A DNA stretch of 64,000 nucleotides, taken from contig CBDDTI010000747.1 of assembly GCA_965233585.1 (NCBI GenBank), forward strand, positions 288,001 through 352,000, given 5' to 3'. Of the stretch, positions 30,368-39,335 are shown piece by piece (positions within the stretch are counted from its first letter, which is position 1; every line of letters begins with the position of its first letter). The notes below the pieces were generated by a model. It saw only the letters and a program-made list of their open reading frames with translations, had not been told where the DNA came from and ran no database searches. The DNA comes from a bacterium (GTDB lineage Bacteria; SAR324; NAC60-12). Both the position numbers and the translations under genes were made by a program.

Positions 30368-31351
30368 TCATTTCTTCATCGTTTCAAAGTCTTCATAATT
30401 CACAGCCTTGTAGAGAAGTGGCTTTTGAGCATAGACTTGTTTTAAATTCGCTATGGCATTTGCGATGGTGCGGGGTCTGCTTTCTTTAGAAGGAGCAGCA
30501 TGAGGGGTGAGAATCACACGACTTTGTTGCAAGAGGTTAGAATCTTTAGCAAGGGGTTCAGACTCAAAAACATCAAGACAGGCACCTTGAATGACTTCTG
30601 TTTGTAAGGCATGGCAAAGGTCTTGTTCGTGGACAACAGCACCACGCGAGGTATTCACTAAAAGGGCATCAGACCGCATCTGTGCTAAAGTTTCTTTGCA
30701 AATCATTTTGGCAGTTTGTGAAGTCAGAGGAACGTGCAACGTCACCACTTCTGAACGTTTTAAAAGCTCTTGAAAACTCACAAACTGCAACGAGGTTTGT
30801 TTTTTTACAATGTCATAATAGAGGCATGTCATGCCAAAAGCCTCAGCAAGCCTTGCCACTGCTTGACCAACAAATCCCAATCCAACAATCCCAAGAGTCT
30901 TGCCAAAAAGTTCCTGATTCGTTTCTTTGAGAGCTGACCATTCTTTGAGGCTTGAACATTGACATTGCCTGACTTGACGTTGTTGAGCCTCTAGTTGACG
31001 AAACCATGCAAGAAGCATCAAAAAAACATGTTCTGCAACAGCTCTGGCATTTGCACCTCCGTTATTACCGACTAACACACCAAATTGCTTGGCAAGCGGA
31101 AGGTTGACTTGGTCATAACCTGCACGAATGGTTTGAATGACCTGCAGACGTTTGGCAACTTTGTGATGGTGAGGCTGTAATGAAGGTTCTCCTAAAATAG
31201 CATGAGCTTCAGCAAGAGATTGCTCAAAATCATCAGGAGTGTTTTGGAAGTCAATGCGTTGAAATGCGAAGGCTTCAGGGGCATATTGGGTCAAATAATC
31301 ATAAAACTGATCATAAATGTATGGCTCAACCAGAACATGAAAAGGTGGCAT
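30368..31351 (-). CDS. D-isomer-specific 2-hydroxyacid dehydrogenase
   Basis: GIVGLGFVG, LHVPLT, NTSRG, LDVFESEP, TPH. Confidence 0.92.
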   Translation of the reverse strand: MPPFHVLVEPYIYDQFYDYLTQYAPEAFAFQRIDFQNTPDDFEQSLAEAHAILGEPSLQPHHHKVAKRLQVIQTIRAGYDQVNLPLAKQFGVLVGNNGGANARAVAEHVFLMLLAWFRQLEAQQRQVRQCQCSSLKEWSALKETNQELFGKTLGIVGLGFVGQAVARLAEAFGMTCLYYDIVKKQTSLQFVSFQELLKRSEVVTLHVPLTSQTAKMICKETLAQMRSDALLVNTSRGAVVHEQDLCHALQTEVIQGACLDVFESEPLAKDSNLLQQSRVILTPHAAPSKESRPRTIANAIANLKQVYAQKPLLYKAVNYEDFETMKK

Positions 31352-31409
31352 CTTTTAATTTAAGGTTTCTTTTTCAATCTTAAGGATTTGTCTTTTTAAA
31401 ATTCATCTT

Positions 31410-32069
31410 TTAGTGATGAAAGACAGAAGTCTGCCAACCTTTATCCAAATCTCCATAGCCATCAATCAAGAGTTCAATCAAAGTGGGTAGCACTGCCTGT
31501 GCTTTGTCTGAAAGTTCTTGAAAACTTCTACCAGAAGGCAGATTTGGGCGGTTTTTCATCATTTTGCAAAGTGCTTGATACACTTGGACAAGGTGCAAGA
31601 CATCATTTGCCGCATACTGTAATTGCTTCTGACTCAAATGTTCTGAAGACCAATCAGTTTGCTGTGACTGCTTTTCAAGATGCTCTCCGATAAATTCTTC
31701 TACCAAATGCCTTAAACCATGAGAGTCCGTGTAGGTTCTAATGACCTTACTCATCACTTTCGTACAGCAAAAAGGCTGAACGTCAATTCCGAGTGAGGTT
31801 TTAAAAAAAGCAACATCAGTCAGTGCAAAATGAAAAAGTTTAAGAGTGTCTTGAGACTCAAGCAGTTGTTTTAATCTTGTCAAAGGCACATCAGGTTTGG
31901 GACGAATGAGGCAGACGTTAGATTGAGCATCGCAAAGTTGTACAAGGCAGATATGGTCCCGACCCAGCTTCAAACCGTGTAATTCTGTGTCCACTGCAAG
32001 AAGGTCTGCCTTTTGGTAGATTTGGAACAAATCCCCTGGAACGTCATGATTGATTTGGTATGATTTCAT
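31410..32069 (-). CDS. rnd: Ribonuclease D-like 3'-5' exonuclease
   Basis: AVDTE, CLVQL, RTYTDSHGL, YAANDV. Confidence 0.85.
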   Translation of the reverse strand: MKSYQINHDVPGDLFQIYQKADLLAVDTELHGLKLGRDHICLVQLCDAQSNVCLIRPKPDVPLTRLKQLLESQDTLKLFHFALTDVAFFKTSLGIDVQPFCCTKVMSKVIRTYTDSHGLRHLVEEFIGEHLEKQSQQTDWSSEHLSQKQLQYAANDVLHLVQVYQALCKMMKNRPNLPSGRSFQELSDKAQAVLPTLIELLIDGYGDLDKGWQTSVFHH

Positions 32070-32208
32070 ATTTCTGTCAAAAAATATAATGTCTCACTGC
32101 ACAACAATTTTTAATAATATTGTAAAAAAAGTATTTAAATTTTTTACAAAACGAATTATAATTCTTTCGTTTGTGTCCTGAAAATTTTAACCTCAAATTA
32201 AATCATAT

Positions 32209-32979
32209 ATGACTATGACTAGACAAGAAAAATATGAACACTTTAAAAGTCTTCATCAAAAAAACAATCCTGTCATTCTGTACAATATTTGGAATGCAGG
32301 TTCTGCAAAAGTGGCAGTAGATGCTGGTGCAACAGTGGTTGCAACAGGAAGTAAACCGATGGCTCTTTCTCAAGGATACCCTGATGGTGAGGTGATTCCA
32401 TTTGAGCAAGTTTTAGCGACTATCAGGCAAATCGTATCACATGTCAATGTTCCCTTGAGTGTTGACTTTGAAGGTGGATATGCAGGAACAGATGACCAAT
32501 TATTAGCAGAAAATACCAAAAAGCTGATTGATACAGGGGTCATTGGGCTAAACTTTGAAGATCAAATCATCGGCAGTGAAGGATTGTATGAGGTTGAAAT
32601 CCAATCAAAACGGATTCAAATCATTCGCAAAACAGCTGAAGAGGCGGGAGTTTCTTTGTTCATCAACGCCAGAACAGACCTTTTCTTCAAGGAAAAAGAC
32701 AAATCCAATCACGTCAACGTGTTAGGTCAGGCACACGAGCGAGCAAAAGCCTATAAAGACGCTGGGGCTGACAGCTTCTTTGTCCCAGGACTTGACAATC
32801 TTGAAGCGATTAGAACGTTGTGCCAAAAGTTAGACATGCCAGTCAATATTGTCAAATTACCTACTGCACCAAGTAACAAGGATTTGGCTGATGCTGGCGT
32901 ACAAAGAATTAGCTACGGACCATTTGCTTATGCTGCTCTAATGAAAACTTTTGGAGAGAGAGCTGCAGAAAACAGCTAA
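32209..32979 (+). CDS. Isocitrate lyase / PEP mutase family protein
   Basis: NIWNAGSA, DFEGGY, NFED, INARTD, RISYG. Confidence 0.9.
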   Translation: MTMTRQEKYEHFKSLHQKNNPVILYNIWNAGSAKVAVDAGATVVATGSKPMALSQGYPDGEVIPFEQVLATIRQIVSHVNVPLSVDFEGGYAGTDDQLLAENTKKLIDTGVIGLNFEDQIIGSEGLYEVEIQSKRIQIIRKTAEEAGVSLFINARTDLFFKEKDKSNHVNVLGQAHERAKAYKDAGADSFFVPGLDNLEAIRTLCQKLDMPVNIVKLPTAPSNKDLADAGVQRISYGPFAYAALMKTFGERAAENS

Positions 32980-33063
32980 CGTTGCACATGAAGCGATAGC
33001 CAGCTAGCAGTGTCTACGTTTCATGCACTTCAAACATTCAATATCTCAAAAGCAGTCAGTGTT

Positions 33064-34104
33064 TCAATAGGTGTAAGGATACATGGCATACACTTTGTTG
33101 ATCTCGTAAATTAAATTGTCAGGAAACGGCTTTTGAAACATGTCAAGATTGTCTTGAAGTTGCTGATTAGATGTTGCACCAATGATCACAGAACCCACAA
33201 AACGTCTCTTCAAAGCAAAGCCGATTGCCAGTTGAGAGGGTGTTAGATCATGGTCTTTAGCAATTTTCAAATAGGCGTCAGTGGCTTCTATGGATTTTGG
33301 AGTGAGTCGTTCAAAATGTTCTTTGAAGATAGCGGCTCGTGATTGAGCAGGACGTTCCCCTGTCTGATATTTACCAGTGAGCATTCCTGCCGCAAGCGGA
33401 CTATAAGCCAATAAACTGACCTCTTCGTGCCAGCAAGTTTCTGCAAGGTCAAGGTCAAATTGTCGGTAAAGCAAGCTGTATTCATTTTGAATGCTTTCAA
33501 TGCGTGGCAGCCCCTTTTGTTCATGTGCGTTCAAATACTGCATCACACCCCATGCTGTCTCGTTAGAAACACCAATCGCTCGGATTTTACCCTCCTTAAC
33601 AAAACCTTGTAAGCATTCCAACACCTCATGGAAGTTGTCCAAAACCCTGTTTTTGGAGCTATGCCGACAAGGGTCATAATTCCACATCCTCCTAAAATGA
33701 TAATGTCCTCTGTTGGGCCAATGCAGTTGATAAAGGTCAACATAATCAGTTTGTAACCTTTGAAGGCTTTGTTCTAATGCTTTAGTGATGGCTTTGGCGG
33801 TAATCGGTTCGCCATCTCTAATCCAACTCAAGCCGACACCCGCGACTTTCGTAGCAACGACATATTGGTCTCGTTGCTGTTGCTTAAGCCAACGTCCGAT
33901 GTATTCTTCTGTCAATCCTTGTGTGGTTTGATTGGGTGGCACGGGGTACATTTCTGCTGTATCCAAAAAATTCACTCCAGCTTCTGCTGCCAGTTGCAGT
34001 TGCTGATGTGCTTCTTCTTCAGAGTTTTGCATGCCCCACGTCATTGTTCCCAGACAAATCCGACTAATCTTGATGTCTGTTTTTCCTAAATTTTGGTACT
34101 CCAT
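33064..34104 (-). CDS. Aldo/keto reductase (Tas-like)
   Basis: ICLGTMTWG, DTAEMYPVP, DLYQLHWP, AYSPLA. Confidence 0.92.
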   Translation of the reverse strand: MEYQNLGKTDIKISRICLGTMTWGMQNSEEEAHQQLQLAAEAGVNFLDTAEMYPVPPNQTTQGLTEEYIGRWLKQQQRDQYVVATKVAGVGLSWIRDGEPITAKAITKALEQSLQRLQTDYVDLYQLHWPNRGHYHFRRMWNYDPCRHSSKNRVLDNFHEVLECLQGFVKEGKIRAIGVSNETAWGVMQYLNAHEQKGLPRIESIQNEYSLLYRQFDLDLAETCWHEEVSLLAYSPLAAGMLTGKYQTGERPAQSRAAIFKEHFERLTPKSIEATDAYLKIAKDHDLTPSQLAIGFALKRRFVGSVIIGATSNQQLQDNLDMFQKPFPDNLIYEINKVYAMYPYTY

Positions 34105-34282
34105 AAATCCCTCCAGTAGTTTGATTTTAAAGGTTTCTAAAATGTTGTCAAAGCAGAGATGCCTGACAAAAAGACAAGACTACACAATAACCGACATTAT
34201 TTCAATGAAAACCAAACAATCCAGTCAATGAATCATCTGGTCAATAGAGTAGGTCATAGATTATGGCAATCTGCAATGCCAT

Positions 34283-34630
34283 TCAAGGTTCAATGATTCT
34301 GATTTGGTCTGCTTCAGGTTGCAGGAGGTAAATCCCCTTAGCTTTGGCATCAGAGACAAAATGTTCTGGAATGCCTTGACACGCAAGTCCCAGATGAATT
34401 TGAAAACTCTGATATTGCGAAAACACGACAGGAAACGTCTCTTTCCTCAATCGTCTTTCTTCCTTCATCTCTTTTTCCCATTTTGCATGGCGTTCTGGTC
34501 TTTCTTTTTTCCACTTGGCATTAGATTCTTGCTGTTGTTACGCAAATTCTTCTTGCTTCTTTGTTAGCTTTTGTATGCCTTTGGCATTTTCTTTTAAAAT
34601 TGCTCAAATTTCGTCAAATCTTGCACTCAT
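34283..34630 (-). pseudogene. Decayed coiled-coil / DUF3782-like protein (two in-frame stops, probable internal deletion)
   Basis: GGAG RBS then MSARFDEI*AILKENAKGIQKL...FA*QQQE...; C-end FPVVFSQYQSFQIHLGLA...AKAKGIYLL. Confidence 0.5.
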
Positions 34631-34723
34631 TTTGAACTCCTTAGATTTAAAGTCTATAAAATCAAACAACTAGTCCAGCAGATTTTTGAGAAAAAGAGTG
34701 AGAGCAGAATGAGAAAGAAATTG

Positions 34724-34945
34724 GGCATTGTTAATTTACAATAGATGTTGTATCACCTTGTTATTTAAGAAGTAAGGCGAAAAACATGTTAAGCAGTTGT
34801 CCTAAATGTTCCCATGGTTATATAATCAAAGATGGTTTGATCAAAGGCAAGCAAAGATACCAGTGTAAGCGCTGTGTTTATAGGTTCACAGTGCAAAGAA
34901 GAAATTCAAAGGAGGCTTCTAAGTCAATCAAGAAGAAGGCATTTA
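34724..34945 (+). mobile_element. Truncated IS1-family element, type C (left end + InsA zinc finger)
   Basis: GGCATTGTTAA end; MLSSCPKC...KDG..KGKQRYQCKRC, breaking off at ~34945. Confidence 0.8.
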
Positions 34946-35102
34946 TCTTTTTCAAGAACAAGCTGGAGAGTTACAGGTCATCACATCTGCTTCGTTGCAG
35001 CCACAGCTGGAGGCAATGGAATCCTGAACACTTGTTTTCTGTTAGGCTGTGGTACCCTCTTTCACTCTTTTGAAAGCTCTGAATCCATATTTGGTTTGCT
35101 GA

Positions 35103-35300
35103 TAGATTCCGTGTCAGGCACGGAATGACGTGAGTGTTGCAGTCTTATCTTTTCGTCATTGCCCACCTTGACCTGCAATCTCTCTTTTGTTCTTTCTCAC
35201 TGTGTTGACATTCTTCTTTTGAGATTCCGTATCAAGCACGGAATGACGGTTTGCTCTTTTTCCCATTCCCCCGTCATTGCGAACTTGATACGCAAACTCC
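35103..35300. repeat. GTCA-tagged palindromic repeat array 2
   Basis: Four units; 35103-35248 mirrors 1079-1213, including the spacer gtgagtgttgcagtcttatcttttc. Confidence 0.88.
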
Positions 35301-35416
35301 ATTAGATTTTGGGGATTGATTAGCCCTGAAGCATGGACAGTAGAAGAGGCAAAAAATTGAGTTTGTTAAGTTTGAATAGCTGGTTATCAAGTCTTGTGTC
35401 AATCGTTTGCCAGTTT

Positions 35417-36127
35417 TCATAAATCTCCGTAGAGAAATTGAAGATGAGCAGCAATGGCAGTCGCTGCTGTTTCTGTACGCAAAGTTCTTGACCCACAGCC
35501 GATGATTTGATAACGAGATGCCTGACAAATCTCCAACTCTTTATCAGTGAATCCACCTTCTGCACCGATGATGACTCTGCAACTTAAACACGAATCTGAT
35601 GAATTGAAAGACAGCGATGAGGTCAGATGTAGCACCCACTGCTTTTGCAAAGGTTCGCAACTTTTTAGAGCATCGGCAAGTGAAACAAAGTAGTCAATTT
35701 GGGGAGGCTTCCAACGTTCAGACTGCTTGCATGCCTCAAGGGCAACCCGCTGCCATTTTGCCAATAGCTTGGCATAAAAACTCACAGGGCTTCTCTCTGC
35801 ACGGAAAACAATGATGCGACTCACTCCAAGTTCTGTCAGTTTCTGCACTGCAAAATGAAGTGCTTTTTCTTTGCAAAGTGCTATCATCACTTCTAATTGC
35901 AATGGGGATTCTTGGGGAGGGGTTAACTCTTTTTCTATCATCAGGGAGGCAGAGTGATGTTGCTTTTCAAGCAAAGAGGCTTCAAACCTTCTGTAATTGG
36001 CATCTTGCAAAATCAGGCTTTCGCCACGACATAACCTTCTCACTTGCAACGCATGCCGCGCTTCTTCTCCTGAAAAATCGGCAGTCTGACCAACCTCTAA
36101 AAATCCATCATATAAAAAATAAGGCAT
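35417..36127 (-). CDS. rsmE: 16S rRNA m3U1498 methyltransferase
   Basis: HALQVRRL, KLTELGV, EACKQS, IGAEGGF, LRTETAA; start probably at 36127. Confidence 0.93.
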   Translation of the reverse strand: MPYFLYDGFLEVGQTADFSGEEARHALQVRRLCRGESLILQDANYRRFEASLLEKQHHSASLMIEKELTPPQESPLQLEVMIALCKEKALHFAVQKLTELGVSRIIVFRAERSPVSFYAKLLAKWQRVALEACKQSERWKPPQIDYFVSLADALKSCEPLQKQWVLHLTSSLSFNSSDSCLSCRVIIGAEGGFTDKELEICQASRYQIIGCGSRTLRTETAATAIAAHLQFLYGDL

Positions 36128-36183
36128 CTGTTTTTTCGCTGTCAAATCGCATGTTAACATAACTTCATCTCTTTTGAAAAAAT

Positions 36184-37311
36184 ATGAAAATTGTCATTGC
36201 CCCTGATTCGTTTAAAGAAAGCCTGACGGCTTTACAAGTGGCTCGTGCAATCCAAGAAGGATTTCAGCACGTTTTTCCTGATGCAGATTATCTGCAAATT
36301 CCTTTGGCTGACGGAGGCGAAGGCACAGTGCAAGCAGTCATTGATGCAATGGGTGGCAAGCTGGTGTCTTTGCAAGTGATGGGACCGCTGGGCAAACCAG
36401 TTTGGGCAAGTTATGGTTTGTGCCAAGCAACAGCAGTGATTGAAATGGCAGAGGCTTCAGGGCTTCATTTACTTGCTCAAGAAGAACGAAACCCACTTTT
36501 GACAACAACCTATGGAACGGGAGAGTTGATTCAAGATGCTCTGAATCGCGGAGTCAAGCATGTCATTTTGGGGATTGGAGGCAGTGCAACTCACGATGGG
36601 GGTGCAGGCATGGCACAAGCGTTGGGTTGGGAGTTTTTTGACAAGCAGGGTCGTCGCTTCCCAAAAGGCATGGGAGGAGGTGCATTGATGGATTTGCACA
36701 AAATTGATGACTCTCAAAAACATGACGCCATGGCTCAATGTCAATTTGAGGTGGCATGTGATGTGAGTAATCCTTTGTGCGGACCAAAGGGGGCAGCAGC
36801 TATTTTTGCAACACAAAAAGGAGCATCTGCTGAAGTTATTCCTATCCTTGACCAAGCACTCAATCACTATGCAGATGTTTTGGTTCAACATGGGTTTTCA
36901 GATTTGAGACAGCAATCGGGTGCAGGTGCGGCAGGGGGTTTGGGATTTGGTGCAGCTATTTTCCTCAATGCTCAACTGCAATCAGGGTTTGAGGTGATTA
37001 GCAGATGTCTTCAGTTGGAAGAGAAAATCAAGGGAGCAGATTTAGTGTTGACAGGAGAAGGTTGTATTGACGGACAAACGATTTACGGCAAGACTCCCAT
37101 TGGAGTTGCGAAACTGGCACAAAAACAGGGCATTCCAACGATTGCCGTTGCAGGTGTTTTAGGTAAAGATTACCAGTTAGTCAGGCAACATGGAATCCAT
37201 GCAACCTTTTCTATTACGCCACGACTCATGTCCCTTGACCAAGCATTGCAGGAAACTTACATCAATCTGGTCAACGTTGCTACAAACATTGCATCGGTTT
37301 GGAAGTTGTAA
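36184..37311 (+). CDS. garK: Glycerate kinase (GarK/GlxK family)
   Basis: MKIVIAPDSFKESL, ADGGEGT, GIGGSATHDGG, TGEG..D.QT..GK. Confidence 0.93.
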   Translation: MKIVIAPDSFKESLTALQVARAIQEGFQHVFPDADYLQIPLADGGEGTVQAVIDAMGGKLVSLQVMGPLGKPVWASYGLCQATAVIEMAEASGLHLLAQEERNPLLTTTYGTGELIQDALNRGVKHVILGIGGSATHDGGAGMAQALGWEFFDKQGRRFPKGMGGGALMDLHKIDDSQKHDAMAQCQFEVACDVSNPLCGPKGAAAIFATQKGASAEVIPILDQALNHYADVLVQHGFSDLRQQSGAGAAGGLGFGAAIFLNAQLQSGFEVISRCLQLEEKIKGADLVLTGEGCIDGQTIYGKTPIGVAKLAQKQGIPTIAVAGVLGKDYQLVRQHGIHATFSITPRLMSLDQALQETYINLVNVATNIASVWKL

Positions 37312-37450
37312 AATCTTCCTACCTCAAACTTTGTTTCACAAGTTTAGACAACTCCGATGTTTGGTGCTTGTTTAGTACAGAGTGGACTTGAAATCCTGTT
37401 CTGTCTAAGATTTGCTGAACGTCAATTTCAAAGGCGGTCACCACAAACAT
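37309..37450 (-). pseudogene. 3' fragment of a paralog of the 14288 receiver-domain gene
   Basis: Encodes FVVTAFEIDVQQILDRTGFQVHSVLNKHQTSELSKLVKQSLR, aligning with 14278-14417. Confidence 0.85.
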
Positions 37451-37861
37451 AAGGTCAGCAATGACGATTCTGTCACTTGAATGCTTGACACAGAATCTCA
37501 AACGCCCTCCGTTATTCCGTGCTTGACACGGAATCCATCAGCAGTTAGAAGATAGATTCCTGCTTTCGCAGGAATGACCAAATGCAAGACTGCAAACTTC
37601 ATCAGTCACTTGAGTGCTTGACATGGAATCTATCACCAAACCAAGCATGGATTCCTGCTTTCGCTCCGAATGACAACTCCCGTCAAACGCTCTTGAGATT
37701 GCGGGTCAAGGTGAACAATGACGAAAGAACAAACAAAGGCAAGAAGACAAAGGGAGCAGGACGCCCCCTTTTTTTAAAATGAGAAAGTTTGAGATTGCGG
37801 GTCAAGCCCGCAATGACGAAGGAAAAAAGAAACGAAAACGTTTAAGCACGTTCTGGAATCT
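37451..37861. repeat. GTCA-tagged palindromic repeat array 3
   Basis: About 8 units, overall inverted relative to array 1 (e.g. gagattgcgggtcaagcccgcaatgac, gattcctgctttcgcaggaatgac). Confidence 0.9.
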
Positions 37862-37882
37862 GTACAAAACAAAGATAAATAA

Positions 37883-38642
37883 GGCATTGTTAAGTAATAA
37901 GTGATAGCTGATTATTCCGTTTTGCCATGAACAAAAGAACAGAATATTGTAATGCTTTAAGAGACTTGCTGTAACATTTGGTTTTCCTTCTCATTCTTGC
38001 CAAGAAATGTCTCAAGAGAGAATTATACCCTTCTATCGTGTATGTTTCTGCCTTGGAACATGTATGAATTTCTTTGGGAATGACTTGTTTGTAAGCCTTG
38101 CAGTGATCAGTCATCACCTGAAGAGGTTTTGTTTCCTTGACCTTGTCCCATAAATGCCTACAGGCTTTTGAGTCTCTGTTTCCAAGCACACAATTGATAA
38201 ATTGCTTCCCACATCTATCAACAGCAATCCAGAGCCAGCAGTAGTTTTTTTTGACTGGATGTAGGTGTGCATTTCATCAATTTCCATAATTTCAATGTCT
38301 GTGTCCTTTCTTAATGCCTTGAGCTGTTCGCCAAAACTACAGACCCAATTATAAACTGAAACATGAGAACAATTCAGCAAACGACCGATTGACCTGAAAC
38401 CAAGACCCTCCAAATACAACTCTAATGCTCTTCTTTTGATCTGTGGTGAGATTTGACCACGATAGGACTTGGTATATTGATAGTTGCAGGCATTGCAACG
38501 CCTCCTCGGTTTACCATATAAAAAACCATTCTTAACCATCTTCTCACTTTCACATCTAGGACACGACTTCATTGCTACACCATGACTATCAATTCAATTA
38601 AATGAACTTAATATCGCATATCACTTATAGTTTAACAATACC
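37883..38642 (-). mobile_element. IS1-family insertion sequence, type A copy 3 (760 bp)
   Basis: Same IRs and ORFs as copies 1 and 2. Confidence 0.95.
37890..38572 (-). CDS. IS1-family transposase (InsA+InsB, frameshift)
   Basis: Near-identical to the other copies. Confidence 0.9.
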
Positions 38643-38683
38643 AAAATATATTTATATAAATTGATAATCTAGGAGACGAAGCC

Positions 38684-39067
38684 ATGCAAGAAAAACAATG
38701 TAATCACCCATTAAATCTTAATGATTATTATATAGCACGTGCAAATTGGGAAGGAACAGATCAATCAGAAAGATTTATTAAGAATAATATATGGGAAGAT
38801 GGTTATAAAAAGTCCGGTGATGCAAAATTTGAACAAAGAATCCGTAAATTAAAAGAAGGAGATATTCTTATATTAGCAGTACCTACAAATACTATTTCTT
38901 GTATTGGTACGGTCATTGAACCAACTAAAAATGGATACTCAGTAAAGGTAAAATGGTTTAAAAACTTTAATAGATTTTCTACCGACGCTATCCAATATGG
39001 ATATATGGATACTATTCAAAAAATTCTTTCAGATAAAGATAAATTAAAAAAATACTGTAGATTATAA
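38684..39067 (+). CDS. Stand-alone domain resembling the N-terminal (EVE/PUA-like) module of McrB-type/NTPase defence proteins, probably truncated
   Basis: AGGAG RBS; W...DQSERFIKNNIWEDGY...LKEGDILIL...IGTV.E...G..VKVKW pattern; very AT-rich. Confidence 0.55.
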   Translation: MQEKQCNHPLNLNDYYIARANWEGTDQSERFIKNNIWEDGYKKSGDAKFEQRIRKLKEGDILILAVPTNTISCIGTVIEPTKNGYSVKVKWFKNFNRFSTDAIQYGYMDTIQKILSDKDKLKKYCRL

Positions 39068-39335
39068 TTAAATTTTACGTACAAACAACAATACTTTTTG
39101 CTTTGAAATTACAATTATACTCTATGTAAATATCTGTTGACGGAGTCAAATGTGTAAATCCTTTAATTGAAGTAATGACACAAAAAACTTTTGTAGGATT
39201 TTATGTTGTGTCAAGTCAAATATATAACTCCCGAATTTTTACCCCCACCCGATTTATTAGAATCAAGTATATAAATTCTAAAATAGGGAGTTATATACTT
39301 ATCGTAAAGTTTTGTATGTCAATGCTATCACAAAA

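Noticed and set aside
32974..33035. Integron attC site after the PEP-mutase-family gene
   Set aside because: AGCTAAC overlaps the stop and an imperfect hairpin follows, but there is no complementary GTTRRRY end and no integrase.
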